Source of the DNA: Bacteroidales bacterium
Lineage (GTDB): Bacteria; Bacteroidota; Bacteroidia; Bacteroidales; WCHB1-69
NCBI GenBank assembly: GCA_017544105.1
Contig: JAFYEU010000031.1
Coordinates: 1-51,206, forward strand
DNA length: 51,206 nucleotides
Direction of reading: 5' to 3'
The translations under genes were made by a program, and so were the position numbers. The notes under the pieces are model-generated. The model did not search any database. It was not told the origin of the DNA and worked only from the letters and a program-made list of their open reading frames with translations. Below are positions 1 through 9,049 of this stretch, piece after piece; the stretch's first letter is position 1; each line of letters starts with the position of its first letter.

Positions 1-146
1 CGAGCTACACCCCGCCTTCTGCCAGACAACCCAATACCGTTTCAAAACCATATTCCGAAGACATGGGCGAACTCATGAGTGTCGAAGAATATTTTGACAA
101 ATTGTGGTCGGCAGTGGAATTGAAGTATGAAAATCTACAGAGTTAG
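1..146 (+). CDS. Putative antitoxin, copy 1 (5' end outside window)
   Basis: The frame starting at nt 3 reads SYTPPSARQPNTVSKPYSEDMGELMSVEEYFDKLWSAVELKYENLQS* (TAG 144-146). It is a paralogue of 545..751 and overlaps the downstream toxin start by 20 nt. It is not in the ORF track because it is truncated. Confidence 0.7.
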   Translation, partial: SYTPPSARQPNTVSKPYSEDMGELMSVEEYFDKLWSAVELKYENLQS

Positions 147-435
147 GATTTCCCCGACTGCTTTAGCAGACATTGACCATTTATCCGATTATCTGGTGTC
201 TATCATGTCCCTAGAAGGTGCTTGGCGGTATAAGGAGGCCATGCGTCAAGAAATAATGTCTTTATCAGTTTTTGCGGACCTCTACAAACCGAGCCGCTCC
301 GAATTTTTGCAAAGCATTCACCCGAAAGCCCGCAGAATGCTGTCCCACAACCGCAAATGGAATTACGTTTATCATATTGTGGAGGATATGGCGGTGGTGG
401 ACCGAATTCTTCCATCCAAAATCATTGCGAAATAA
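127..435 (+). CDS. Type II toxin, RelE/ParE superfamily, copy 1
   Basis: 102 aa with an N-terminal YRVRISPTALADIDHL..Y pattern and a C-terminal YVYHIVEDMAVVDRIL strand pair typical of the ParE/RelE fold. Lies downstream of, and overlaps, a small acidic ORF. Confidence 0.75.
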   Translation: MKIYRVRISPTALADIDHLSDYLVSIMSLEGAWRYKEAMRQEIMSLSVFADLYKPSRSEFLQSIHPKARRMLSHNRKWNYVYHIVEDMAVVDRILPSKIIAK

Positions 436-512
436 AAGATCCGCAAAAATACTTGTGATCCGAGGCGGAAATAATCTCCGCGGATAGCACGAATCTACTC
501 GTTTTTTTTTTG

Positions 513-520
513 TATTTTTG
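513..520 (+). promoter_or_regulatory. Bacteroidota sigma70 -7 box (TATTTTTG) for TA copy 2
   Basis: Matches TAnnTTTG about 25 nt upstream of ATG 545; preceded by a T10 tract (502-511). Confidence 0.6.
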
Positions 521-544
521 CAAACTCATATCAAATCAAAAACA

Positions 545-751
545 ATGAAAAGTAAAAAGAACCAAGAAAACGAAGAACCAAGAGTTTGCGAGCCGGCTGC
601 GAGCTACACCCCGTCTTCTGCCAGACAACCCAATGCCGTTTCAAAACCATATTCCGAAGACATGGGCGAACTCATGAGTGTCGAAGAATATTTTGGAAAA
701 CTAAGAACCATGGTGAACGAATATTATGACAACATACAAAGTCTTGATTAA
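545..751 (+). CDS. Putative antitoxin, copy 2
   Basis: 68 aa from ATG 545, after an A-rich leader and a -7 box (the TTG at 518 lies inside the promoter). Contains a VCEPAASY motif and an acidic helix MSVEEYF; overlaps the toxin by 26 nt. Confidence 0.7.
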   Translation: MKSKKNQENEEPRVCEPAASYTPSSARQPNAVSKPYSEDMGELMSVEEYFGKLRTMVNEYYDNIQSLD

Positions 752-1034
752 AAAGTCTGCATTGGCGGACTTGGATCATCTTTTGGACTTTCTGAAAACA
801 GTCATGTCCCGGGAAGGAGCAAATCGTTATATTGATGTTTTAGTCTCGGAGGTGCAATCTTTATCAGTTTTTGCGGACCTCTACAAACCGAGCCGCTCCG
901 AATTTTTGCAAAGCATTCACCCGAAAGCCCGCAGAATGCTGTCCCACAACCGCAAATGGAATTACGTTTATCATATCGTGAAGGATATGGTGGTAGTGGA
1001 CCGAATCCTCTCATCCAAAACTATTGCGAAATAA
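726..1034 (+). CDS. Type II toxin, RelE/ParE superfamily, copy 2
   Basis: 102-aa paralogue of 127..435 (YKVLIKKSALADLDHL...YVYHIVKDMVVVDRIL). Confidence 0.75.
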   Translation: MTTYKVLIKKSALADLDHLLDFLKTVMSREGANRYIDVLVSEVQSLSVFADLYKPSRSEFLQSIHPKARRMLSHNRKWNYVYHIVKDMVVVDRILSSKTIAK

Positions 1035-1075
1035 AAGATTCCTGTAAATCTTCCAGATTCGTGGCGCCAAGGATC

Positions 1076-3160
1076 TTAGAACTGGAGGTAGGCCTTTAAA
1101 CGGAATCCCGCCCCCTGCATGGGATAGTTTCGCACGATCTCGTAGTTTTTGTCGGAGAGATTTAACAGCTCGAATTTGAAGCCAAGGGTGCTGCCTTTGA
1201 TGATGGACTCGTGCTGGATGGACAGGCTGTGGTCGGCATATCCGGAAACCAAGTTGGCAGGGATGTTCTCTCCCAAGGCATAGCGATCCCCACATAACAT
1301 TACCGCATAGGAGACGGAGATGAAAGGCAACCGGATGGTGGCGGATGCGGAACCCGACCAGCGTGGGGTGTAGGGAATCTGATGCCCATAGGTGGGGCTG
1401 TCCGCATCGGTACGGTCCACGGCATGCTGGTAGGTGACGTTGCCCTGGAAGATCAGATGGCAATCGCGATGGAAGGTATAGATGGCCTTGGCGGTCAGCT
1501 CGGCCCCGGCAATATGCACTACCCCGTAGTTGAGCATGCTCCAGGAGAACAGGTTGCGCGTGGGGAAAGCCACAATCTTGTCGCGTACAATATTATAATA
1601 CCCATCCAACGTGACCGCCATGTTGAAGGTGCCCCGCCATAATTTCGGAGTCTCCATCACCAGGCCCAGATCCCACTGATGTGTCTTTTCCGGTTTCAGC
1701 CGAAGATTGCCCACCTCCCGATAGTAGAGGTCGTTGAAGGTCGGCATCCGGAAGATGTCCTTATAGAATGCCCGCAGCTGGACATGCTTGTGCGCCCGCC
1801 AGGAGATGCTTAGGGCGGGGGAGAGGTGCAAAAAGGTCTTGCCGACCGCCGTGTCCTGGGCTATGTTGTTGACCGTGGTGAAGAGCAGATTGCCGTTGAT
1901 GGTCACGGGCCGGCTGTCGTAACGGGCACTCAAGGCGGTCAGCGTGGTGAAACGGGCAGGATGCTCATAGTCGATATTGTCCGACTCCAGCTGGTTGTAG
2001 AACAGGTCGTTGGCAAGGCCAAACAGGAGGTCGTGGCGCAATGCCTGCCCCGGCTCTTCACCCTTTTTGTGCAAGGGGGCAAAGCTGAACGCATTGGAGA
2101 CATAGCCTTCATATTGTTCATACGTGTTGTCCAGCCGGTGCATGTCATTGAGATAGTCAGGGTCCACATAATGGGTGTAGTCATAGTTGAACTTGGCATT
2201 CAGGAGATAGCTCCAGCGATTGTTAAACATCTTCCGATAGCTCATTTGTCCAAATCCGTTACGGTTGGAAAGCCTTTGTCGGTTATTAAGATTGTAGAAG
2301 ATGGTCGCGCTGGGCAATCCTCGGTCGGAGGTGTAATAATAGCCTTTGACGGAGAGTTGCTCACCCTGCCTCAGTTGCCACAAGGCATTCAGCTCCGTGG
2401 AGTAGGTGGAGATGTCCGTGTTCTGCCGTATCTCGTGCGACACGCTGTCTGTCGAGCTGCCATAGTGCAGCAGGAACGGGTAGTTGCCTTCCGACTGCAA
2501 GAACTGGGCATGGATGCCCCAAAGAAGATATCGCTGTGGCAGTTTTTTGCTCTTTACCAGTTGGGTGAACTGCACCATCGGGCTATAGAGCTGGTAGGGC
2601 CCCATGGTGAAGGAGGCTTTCAGCTGTACGGGTTTGAGGGGAAGGGTGTGAAAAGTGCTGATTTTGATGAGGTTGCTGTAGGAGTGCGCCCGGGCGGGCA
2701 ACAGGACATGCTCGTCGGTGCCGACGGTGAGCTCGATGGCGGAGACATTCTCCAGCGAGAGCTTTCCGAGGTCGATCTGGCCGGTCTGACAGTCGGTGAG
2801 CGGGATGCCGTCGTAGAGCACGCCAGTGTGCTGGGAGCCGAGTCCGCGCACGGAAACGGTCTTCAGACCTCCAATGCCGCCGTAGTCTTTGACCACCACG
2901 CCCGACATGAACTTCAGCGCATCGGAAAGCTGCAGGGTGGGGAGATGCTGAATCTCTTTGGTGTTGAGGGTCTGCACCGCCGCTGTGGAGAACGGCACCA
3001 ACGACTCATGTTCGCCGTACCCCTGGATGAGCACCTCGTTGAGCTGCATGGACTGGGTGGTGTCCTGTTGGGCTGTCATGTCTGATAACACAACAAACAA
3101 GAGGATGCCAACCATTAGCATCCTCGTTATGAACCGATATGGGAAAGAGCCCCAACGCAT
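1076..3160 (-). CDS. TonB-dependent outer-membrane receptor, BtuB-like (cobalamin/iron class)
   Basis: Signal peptide, TonB-box-like LNEVLI, plug motif YGGIGGLKTVSVRGLGSQHTGVLYDG, FRMPTFNDLYY...NLRLKPE, C-terminal Phe. The true start may be ATG 3121. Confidence 0.85.
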   Translation of the reverse strand: MRWGSFPYRFITRMLMVGILLFVVLSDMTAQQDTTQSMQLNEVLIQGYGEHESLVPFSTAAVQTLNTKEIQHLPTLQLSDALKFMSGVVVKDYGGIGGLKTVSVRGLGSQHTGVLYDGIPLTDCQTGQIDLGKLSLENVSAIELTVGTDEHVLLPARAHSYSNLIKISTFHTLPLKPVQLKASFTMGPYQLYSPMVQFTQLVKSKKLPQRYLLWGIHAQFLQSEGNYPFLLHYGSSTDSVSHEIRQNTDISTYSTELNALWQLRQGEQLSVKGYYYTSDRGLPSATIFYNLNNRQRLSNRNGFGQMSYRKMFNNRWSYLLNAKFNYDYTHYVDPDYLNDMHRLDNTYEQYEGYVSNAFSFAPLHKKGEEPGQALRHDLLFGLANDLFYNQLESDNIDYEHPARFTTLTALSARYDSRPVTINGNLLFTTVNNIAQDTAVGKTFLHLSPALSISWRAHKHVQLRAFYKDIFRMPTFNDLYYREVGNLRLKPEKTHQWDLGLVMETPKLWRGTFNMAVTLDGYYNIVRDKIVAFPTRNLFSWSMLNYGVVHIAGAELTAKAIYTFHRDCHLIFQGNVTYQHAVDRTDADSPTYGHQIPYTPRWSGSASATIRLPFISVSYAVMLCGDRYALGENIPANLVSGYADHSLSIQHESIIKGSTLGFKFELLNLSDKNYEIVRNYPMQGAGFRLKAYLQF

Positions 3161-3177
3161 CGGGAGTCTGTTTGTGT

Positions 3178-4272
3178 TTATACGTACTTGTTGCCGAAGT
3201 CTGTCTGCACGTCTGTGACAAACTGGCGGATTTGCTGTTCGTCAGACTTCTGACAGATCAGAAGCACATCGTCCGTGTCCACGACAATATAGTCTTCGAG
3301 ACCTTGTATGACGGCCACCTTTTTGTCGGCCATTTGGATGATGCATCTGGAACTGTCATAGAGGCGCACGCGGGAGCCTTTGACGCTGTTGAGTTGGGCA
3401 TCTTTTTTGCTCAATTCATAGAGGGACCCCCAGGTGCCCACATCCGACCAGCCGAAGTTGGCGGCATATACGCGCACGTTGCTGGCTTTCTCCATGATGC
3501 CGTAGTCGATGGAGATGTTGCGGCACACTTGGTATATCCTGTCGATGAAGGCTTCCTCTTCCGGGGTGTTGTATAGGCCTTCGCCCTCTTTGAACAGGTC
3601 GTTGATGTCGGGCAGGAAGGTCTCGAATTGTTGTTGGATGGTGGGCAGGGACCACATGAAGATGCCGGCATTCCAGAGGAAGTCGCCGCTCTCCAGGAAG
3701 CTCTTCGCCATCTCCAGTTCCGGTTTCTCCGTAAAGGTCTTGACCTTGTAGATGGAGTTGTTGTGGGGATAGACTTGCTCCTCGTCATATTGGATATAGC
3801 CGTAGCCCGTGTTGGGCGAGGAGGGGCGGATGCCGATGGTGAGCAGACAGCCGTCTTCGGTAGCAGCCTGCATGCCCTTGGTGATGACATCCTTGAACAC
3901 ATCTTCTTTCAGAATCAGATGGTCGGAGGGAGCCACCACGATGGTAGCGTTCGGGTTCTTGGTCTTGATTTTATAGTTGGCGTAGGCAATACAGGGCGCG
4001 GTGTTGCGACGGTAGGGCTCCAGCAGGATGCGGTCCTCCGATACGAGCGGTAACTGTTCCTGTACCAACTGCTTGTATGCTTTGCTGGTGACGATATAGA
4101 TATTTTCGGGCGGACAAATCTGGACGAACCGGTTGAAGGTCTTTTGGATCATCGTGGTGCCGTCACCAAAGATGTCGAGGAATTGTTTGGGGAGTGCGCT
4201 GGAACTCATGGGCCAGAAACGGGCTCCGATGCCGCCGGCCATGATCACACAATAATAATTCGGATTGAGCAT
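3178..4272 (-). CDS. manC: Mannose-1-phosphate guanylyltransferase
   Basis: MAGGIGARFWPMS...PKQFL, EPYRRNTAP, PSDHLI, GYGYI, FTEKP, WNAGIF, SIDYGIME and WSDVGTW motifs. Confidence 0.93.
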   Translation of the reverse strand: MLNPNYYCVIMAGGIGARFWPMSSSALPKQFLDIFGDGTTMIQKTFNRFVQICPPENIYIVTSKAYKQLVQEQLPLVSEDRILLEPYRRNTAPCIAYANYKIKTKNPNATIVVAPSDHLILKEDVFKDVITKGMQAATEDGCLLTIGIRPSSPNTGYGYIQYDEEQVYPHNNSIYKVKTFTEKPELEMAKSFLESGDFLWNAGIFMWSLPTIQQQFETFLPDINDLFKEGEGLYNTPEEEAFIDRIYQVCRNISIDYGIMEKASNVRVYAANFGWSDVGTWGSLYELSKKDAQLNSVKGSRVRLYDSSRCIIQMADKKVAVIQGLEDYIVVDTDDVLLICQKSDEQQIRQFVTDVQTDFGNKYV

Positions 4273-4347
4273 AAGCTTTTTAAATAGTTCAACAATAACA
4301 AATTAACGTCCACCATCATCGCAATGGCGGAGCGTTCTATTTTTCGG

Positions 4348-4355
4348 CAAATATA
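4348..4355 (-). promoter_or_regulatory. -7 box (TATATTTG) upstream of manC
   Basis: Reverse complement of caaatata matches TAnnTTTG, about 75 nt upstream of the start. Confidence 0.55.
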
Positions 4356-4792
4356 CGCTTTTTTCGGGAATAAAAGGTAGGCAAGAAGGAAGGAAATGCT
4401 GCAGAATCCTTTCCAGTATTTTTTATATTTTTGCTTTTAGCATATGACAAAAATGTGAAATTTTATCCTAACGTATTTATATTTAGCGAGTTACCAACAA
4501 ATTTTATTGGTAACTTTCTTGTTTTGTTCCTGATAAAGTGATTGATTTTCAATATTTTATGAGCAAAAAACTTCCACATTTAGGCTCTATGAGAATCAAT
4601 CACAGCAGCGAAAAAAACGAATTGTCCGACACGTTGAGCTTTTTTTTAGAAAAAAATGCGACTATGTCAGTATGCCGAAATTTTTCAGGGAAAAACCAGT
4701 TTTATGCCGAAATTATGCTGAAATTTTCGAGTGCCTTTTGAGGAAAAGAGGATGAGTGATGAATAAACGGGGTGGATTTCGGAGGACTTTGC

Positions 4793-5371
4793 TCAACGTT
4801 TGAGCCACTCGGGATGGGCGTAGGGCTTGTCCTCCAGGTTGAAAAGCCCTTTTCTCCAGCCTCTCATGCCATAGTAGTATTGCAGGATCTCTTCGATATC
4901 TTTGTCATAATCCCCTGTGGGATAGAAGATCTTGCCCACTCCCATGGTGCGGCTTACATAGTCGATGTGGCTGCAGAAGATGGGCACACCGGCCCCCATG
5001 GCGATGTGATAGAAGCCCTTTTTCCAGTTCTCCACACGCTTGCGGGTGCCCTCTGGACAAATCAAGAAGGCTACCTCTTCCCGCTCTTTGATCAGGTCCA
5101 CGGCGTATGAGACGAAGTTGGTGGCGTGCTTGCGGTCCACGGGCACGCAGCCGATGCGTTTCAAGAAGCCTTTGATAGGGAACACGAAGAACTCTTTCTT
5201 CATGACCATGGCCATCTTGAGCCGTAGCCATCGGATGCAGATCATGCCGTAGAAGAAATCGATGATGCTGGTATGCGGTGCCATCAGGATGACGCACTTT
5301 TTGACGGGGATCTGCTCATACCCGACGGGGCGGAAGCGGAACAGCCACATGAGGAAACGGTAGAATTTCAT
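4793..5371 (-). CDS. 1-acyl-sn-glycerol-3-phosphate acyltransferase (PlsC-like)
   Basis: HTSIID (HxxxxD) and PEGTR motifs. Start placed at ATG 5371 because a TACGTTTG -7 box lies at about 5392-5399 on the minus strand. Confidence 0.85.
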   Translation of the reverse strand: MKFYRFLMWLFRFRPVGYEQIPVKKCVILMAPHTSIIDFFYGMICIRWLRLKMAMVMKKEFFVFPIKGFLKRIGCVPVDRKHATNFVSYAVDLIKEREEVAFLICPEGTRKRVENWKKGFYHIAMGAGVPIFCSHIDYVSRTMGVGKIFYPTGDYDKDIEEILQYYYGMRGWRKGLFNLEDKPYAHPEWLKR

Positions 5372-5437
5372 TGCGATAAGGTTTTGATTGGCAAACGTAC
5401 ACAAAATATTGGTATGCCGAGTGCAAACGGATAATTT

Positions 5438-6355
5438 TTATGAGTGCATGTCGGTCTGGATGCTCACCACCTCGCTTTCAGAAGCCTGTATGGTGATCGG
5501 GCATCCCATCCGGATGGCGCGGTTGTCAGGCAGATGGCCGGCGGGGAAGTTAAAAAACAAGGGGAAGTCATACTCGGCGCAGCAGTCGGCCACGATCTCC
5601 TCGGCCGTGTGCCCGAAGGGGACGGGGTTGTCGTGCATATCACTGAGATGTCCCACCAACAATCCTGCAATGCCATCCAACCTGCCGGACCGTTTCAGGT
5701 TGTACATCATCCGGTCGATGTGGTAGAGGTATTCGTCGAGATCTTCAATGAAGAGTATCTTCCCTTCGGTCTGAACGTCGGAGCGGGAGCCGGTCAGGGA
5801 ATAGAGCATGGAGAGGTTGCCGCCGACGATGGGGGCGGTGACGTCGCCGGGCCGGTTCAAGGGGTGCGTGGGGAATGCATAGCGCAGTTCCTTGCCGCGC
5901 AGGGCGTCCAGCATGGTGGTGACGGCCATGTCTGGCAGCGTGTTGTCGGTGATGTTGACGGGCATGGTGCAGTGCAACGAGGCCATGTCGCAGCAGGTGT
6001 GGAGGTGCGCATGAAAGACCGTGATGTCGCTGAATCCGCAGAGCCACTTGGGATGCTTGCAGAGCCCGCTGAAGTCGAGGCGGTCAATGATGCGGACGGA
6101 GCCATAGCCACCCCGCACGCACCAGATGGCCTGGATGTCGGGGTTGTCGAGCAGCGACTGGATATAGGCAGCTCGGTATTCGTCGGAGCCGGCAAACCAG
6201 TGCTCTTGGGCGAAGAGGCGCTCGTCGTAATAAATGTTAAATCCTTCGTCTCTGAGCATGTTGAAGGCTGGGGTCAGCGCCTGCTCGTCCATGCGGCGGG
6301 CGGGGGCGACAATGCCAATGGTGTCTCCAGCTTTCAGATAGGGTGGGATAATCAT
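5438..6355 (-). CDS. LD-carboxypeptidase (peptidase S66, LdcA-like)
   Basis: RGGYGS, GFSDIT (Ser), GGNLS, FIEDLDE (Glu) and AGH (His) triad motifs. Confidence 0.9.
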   Translation of the reverse strand: MIIPPYLKAGDTIGIVAPARRMDEQALTPAFNMLRDEGFNIYYDERLFAQEHWFAGSDEYRAAYIQSLLDNPDIQAIWCVRGGYGSVRIIDRLDFSGLCKHPKWLCGFSDITVFHAHLHTCCDMASLHCTMPVNITDNTLPDMAVTTMLDALRGKELRYAFPTHPLNRPGDVTAPIVGGNLSMLYSLTGSRSDVQTEGKILFIEDLDEYLYHIDRMMYNLKRSGRLDGIAGLLVGHLSDMHDNPVPFGHTAEEIVADCCAEYDFPLFFNFPAGHLPDNRAIRMGCPITIQASESEVVSIQTDMHS

Positions 6356-7209
6356 AGGAGGATGTTCTTTTCTCGCAGTTTCTGTTCCGTGACCCGGATG
6401 AGTAACTCCCGGTTGGCGATATTGTGATAGAATCTCTTCTTGGGCTTTTTCACCTTCTGCTTCTTGAAATAGCAGCCAGTCACCCCTTCAAACTCAGGAT
6501 TCAGCGCGGCGGCCAGCATGGTGGCGGCACCCTGCTCCGGGGTGTTGATGAGGGGGCGGAAGAACCAGTCGCATAGCTTGTCCACCACGACATTGCCCTG
6601 GCGGATGATGCCGGTGCTCACGATGTCAGGGTCGGCCACGTTAATGCAGATGCCACGATCTTTCCATTGTTCCGCCGCGTGCAGGGTGAAGTAGTAGAGA
6701 GCCCGCTTGGAGCTGCCGTAGGCGGTGAACCGGTTGAACTTCCGGTCGTCGGTGGGGGAGAGGAAGTCCTCCCCGATCTTGCCCATGATGTAGGCGATGG
6801 AGACCATGCTGACCACGCGCGTGCCCGGCCCCATGATGGGCAGCAGGGCGTTGGTCAGCGTGTAGTGGCCTAGGTAGTTGACCGCCCGGGTGTATTCCAC
6901 GCCATCCACACTGTTCTTGGCCTTGTGGCACAAGACGCCGGCATTGTTCAACAGGATGTCGAGGCGACTGAAATGGCTCTTCACCTCGTCGGCGAAGCGG
7001 ATGATGTCGTGCAGATTGCCCAGGTCCACCTGCATCAGATGCAGGGTGGCTCCGGTTTCTTTCCCGATGGCTTCCCACACGGGCTTTGCCACCTCCGCGT
7101 CGTAGCAGGCCATGATGACCTCGTACCCCTCTTTTGCTAAAGTGCGGGTGTGGATGGAGCCCATGCCCCCATCCGCACCCGTCACTAATGCGATGCCTTT
7201 GTTGTCCAT
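6352..7209 (-). CDS. SDR family NAD(P)-dependent oxidoreductase (retinol-dehydrogenase-like)
   Basis: TGADGGMG, NNAG, VNYLGH and YGSSK (YxxxK). Confidence 0.9.
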   Translation of the reverse strand: MDNKGIALVTGADGGMGSIHTRTLAKEGYEVIMACYDAEVAKPVWEAIGKETGATLHLMQVDLGNLHDIIRFADEVKSHFSRLDILLNNAGVLCHKAKNSVDGVEYTRAVNYLGHYTLTNALLPIMGPGTRVVSMVSIAYIMGKIGEDFLSPTDDRKFNRFTAYGSSKRALYYFTLHAAEQWKDRGICINVADPDIVSTGIIRQGNVVVDKLCDWFFRPLINTPEQGAATMLAAALNPEFEGVTGCYFKKQKVKKPKKRFYHNIANRELLIRVTEQKLREKNILL

Positions 7210-7221
7210 TCCGTCACGCGC

Positions 7222-9024
7222 TTATTTGTTCTCGGCAACGGTATGGCCGAAAATCTCTTCCAGCATCGGCTCGTATTTCTTGATCAGCTTGGCGCGTTTC
7301 AGCTTCAAGGTCTGGGAGAGTTCGCCGGTGAGCGGGGACCAGGAGGCGATGATCCAGCGGCAGTTTTTGAGCTTTTCATGCGCGGCCAGGTTGGCGTTCA
7401 CCTTGTTGATCTCCTCTTGCAGACGGGCTTGCACCTGCGGGTTCTTCAGGATGTCCTCGTCGGTCTCATACGGGATCTTGTGCTTGTTGCACCAGTAGTG
7501 CAGGCCGTTCACGTCGGCGGTGATGATGGCGGAGGCAAAGTCCTCGTTGGAGCCCACCACCATGCAGTTGTCGATGAACAATGACTCGCGCAGCTGGTTT
7601 TCGATCACCTGCGGAGCGATGTATTTGCCGATGGAGAGTTTGAAGATCTCTTTCTTGCGGTCGGTGATCTTCAGGTATTTGCCGTCGATCAGCTTGCCGA
7701 TGTCGCCGGTATGGAACCAGCCCTCTTCGTCGATGACCTGTTTGGTGTACTCAGGGTCTTTGTAGTAGCCCATCATGAGGCAGTCGCCCTTGGTGAGGAT
7801 CTCGCCATCGTCGGCCAGCTTGGCCTCGATGCAGGTCATGAACTCACCGACGGTGCCGATGTGCAGTTCGTTCTTCATCGGGTTGTTGACGGCGATCACG
7901 GGGGAGGTCTCGGTCATGCCGTAGCCTTCATAGGCATACAGGCGGGCGGCGGTGAAGAGCTTCAAGACCTTGGCTTGGATGGAGGAGCCGCCGGACACGA
8001 CGATCATGTCCTCGCCACCGAGGGCATTACGCCATTGGGAATAGACGAGCTTGTCGGCCAACGCGATTTTCTTGCGGTAGAACCATCCTTGATTATAATA
8101 TTGGTAGTTGGTGCCCAGGTTGAAGGCCCAGAAGTAGATCATCCGTTTGATGCCTTTCAAGGACTTGCCGGTGTTGTAGAATTTGTCGTACATGCTCTCC
8201 AGCACGCGCGGCACGGCGCAGAAGCCTCTGGCGTGGATGTCCTTCAGGTCGCGGGCGATGGTGTTCAGTCCCTTGGCATAGTACATGCTGGAACCGATGA
8301 CCTGGTACATATAGTTGATGACGCGCTCATAGACGTGGCACAACGGAAGGAAACTCAAGATGTTGGCCGTGTGGTCGTTGGTCATCATGTTGACCAGTGT
8401 CAGGGCGTTGGTCAAGAAGTTCTTGTGGGACAGCATCACGCCCTTGGGCAGGCCCGTGGTGCCGGAGGTGTAGATGATGGTGGCCAGCTCTTCGGGCTTG
8501 ACCTCTTGTTTGGTCTGCTCGATGACGGGCGCCCATTTCTCGCGGTTGTCGCGACCCATCTGCAGCAATTCGCTGAAGTTGCGTTGCCCTTCAATGTTGG
8601 CGATGGTGAAGATGAAGGGGTTGTGGATGAGGTTCGGGAAGGCAGGGGACACTCTCTTATAGATGGACTCGATGCCGATGACGATGCACTTGGCATCGGA
8701 ATGGTTGAGAATATGGTTGTATTCTTCCAAGCTGAGGGAGGGATAGACGGGCACATGCACCATGCCGGCCAGCATGACGCCCATGTCCATGAAGTTCCAT
8801 TCGGGACGGTTGTTCATGATGGTGATCACCTTGTCGCCCTTCTGAAGGCCCAGCTCCAGCATGGCGGAGGCGATGGCATAGGAGTGCTCGATATATTCGT
8901 CCACGCTGTATTTGCGCCATTGTCCGTTCTGCTTGCCGCAGAGGATGTCCGGCTTGTTGCGGTTTGTCTTCAGATGGTCCAGGATGTCAAATAATCTAGT
9001 AATGTGTGAAGTATCCATACTCAT
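7222..9024 (-). CDS. Long-chain fatty acid--CoA ligase (AMP-dependent)
   Basis: IIYTSGTTGLPKGVMLSH, EGYGMTETSP, GWFHTGDIG, ITDRKKEIFK. Confidence 0.92.
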   Translation of the reverse strand: MSMDTSHITRLFDILDHLKTNRNKPDILCGKQNGQWRKYSVDEYIEHSYAIASAMLELGLQKGDKVITIMNNRPEWNFMDMGVMLAGMVHVPVYPSLSLEEYNHILNHSDAKCIVIGIESIYKRVSPAFPNLIHNPFIFTIANIEGQRNFSELLQMGRDNREKWAPVIEQTKQEVKPEELATIIYTSGTTGLPKGVMLSHKNFLTNALTLVNMMTNDHTANILSFLPLCHVYERVINYMYQVIGSSMYYAKGLNTIARDLKDIHARGFCAVPRVLESMYDKFYNTGKSLKGIKRMIYFWAFNLGTNYQYYNQGWFYRKKIALADKLVYSQWRNALGGEDMIVVSGGSSIQAKVLKLFTAARLYAYEGYGMTETSPVIAVNNPMKNELHIGTVGEFMTCIEAKLADDGEILTKGDCLMMGYYKDPEYTKQVIDEEGWFHTGDIGKLIDGKYLKITDRKKEIFKLSIGKYIAPQVIENQLRESLFIDNCMVVGSNEDFASAIITADVNGLHYWCNKHKIPYETDEDILKNPQVQARLQEEINKVNANLAAHEKLKNCRWIIASWSPLTGELSQTLKLKRAKLIKKYEPMLEEIFGHTVAENK

Positions 9025-9041
9025 TAATTTTTTTTAACGCG

Positions 9042-9049
9042 CAAAAATA
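9042..9049 (-). promoter_or_regulatory. -7 box (TATTTTTG) for the acyl-CoA ligase/SDR/LD-carboxypeptidase operon
   Basis: Reverse complement of caaaaata, just upstream of start 9024. Confidence 0.55.

Larger units (their letters stand above)
1..1039 (+). repeat. Tandem direct duplication of a TA module, offset 599 nt (about 1-440 vs 600-1039)
   Basis: 1-96 vs 600-695 differ at 2 positions; 259-377 is identical to 858-976; 97-258 vs 696-857 is strongly diverged. The constant 599-nt offset implies no net indel. Confidence 0.95.

Noticed and set aside
1-1039. Repeat pair as a diversity-generating retroelement TR/VR or a CRISPR-like array
   Set aside because: Differences are not restricted to adenines, both copies are coding, there is no reverse transcriptase in the window, and there is no short repeat-spacer periodicity.
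3161-3177. Cobalamin riboswitch upstream of the BtuB-like receptor
   Set aside because: There is no room for one, and no B12-box-like sequence was seen here or in 4273-4792.
4538-4741. 67-aa ORF in the AT-rich intergenic region
   Set aside because: GTG start, homopolymer-rich low-complexity sequence and no recognisable motif.
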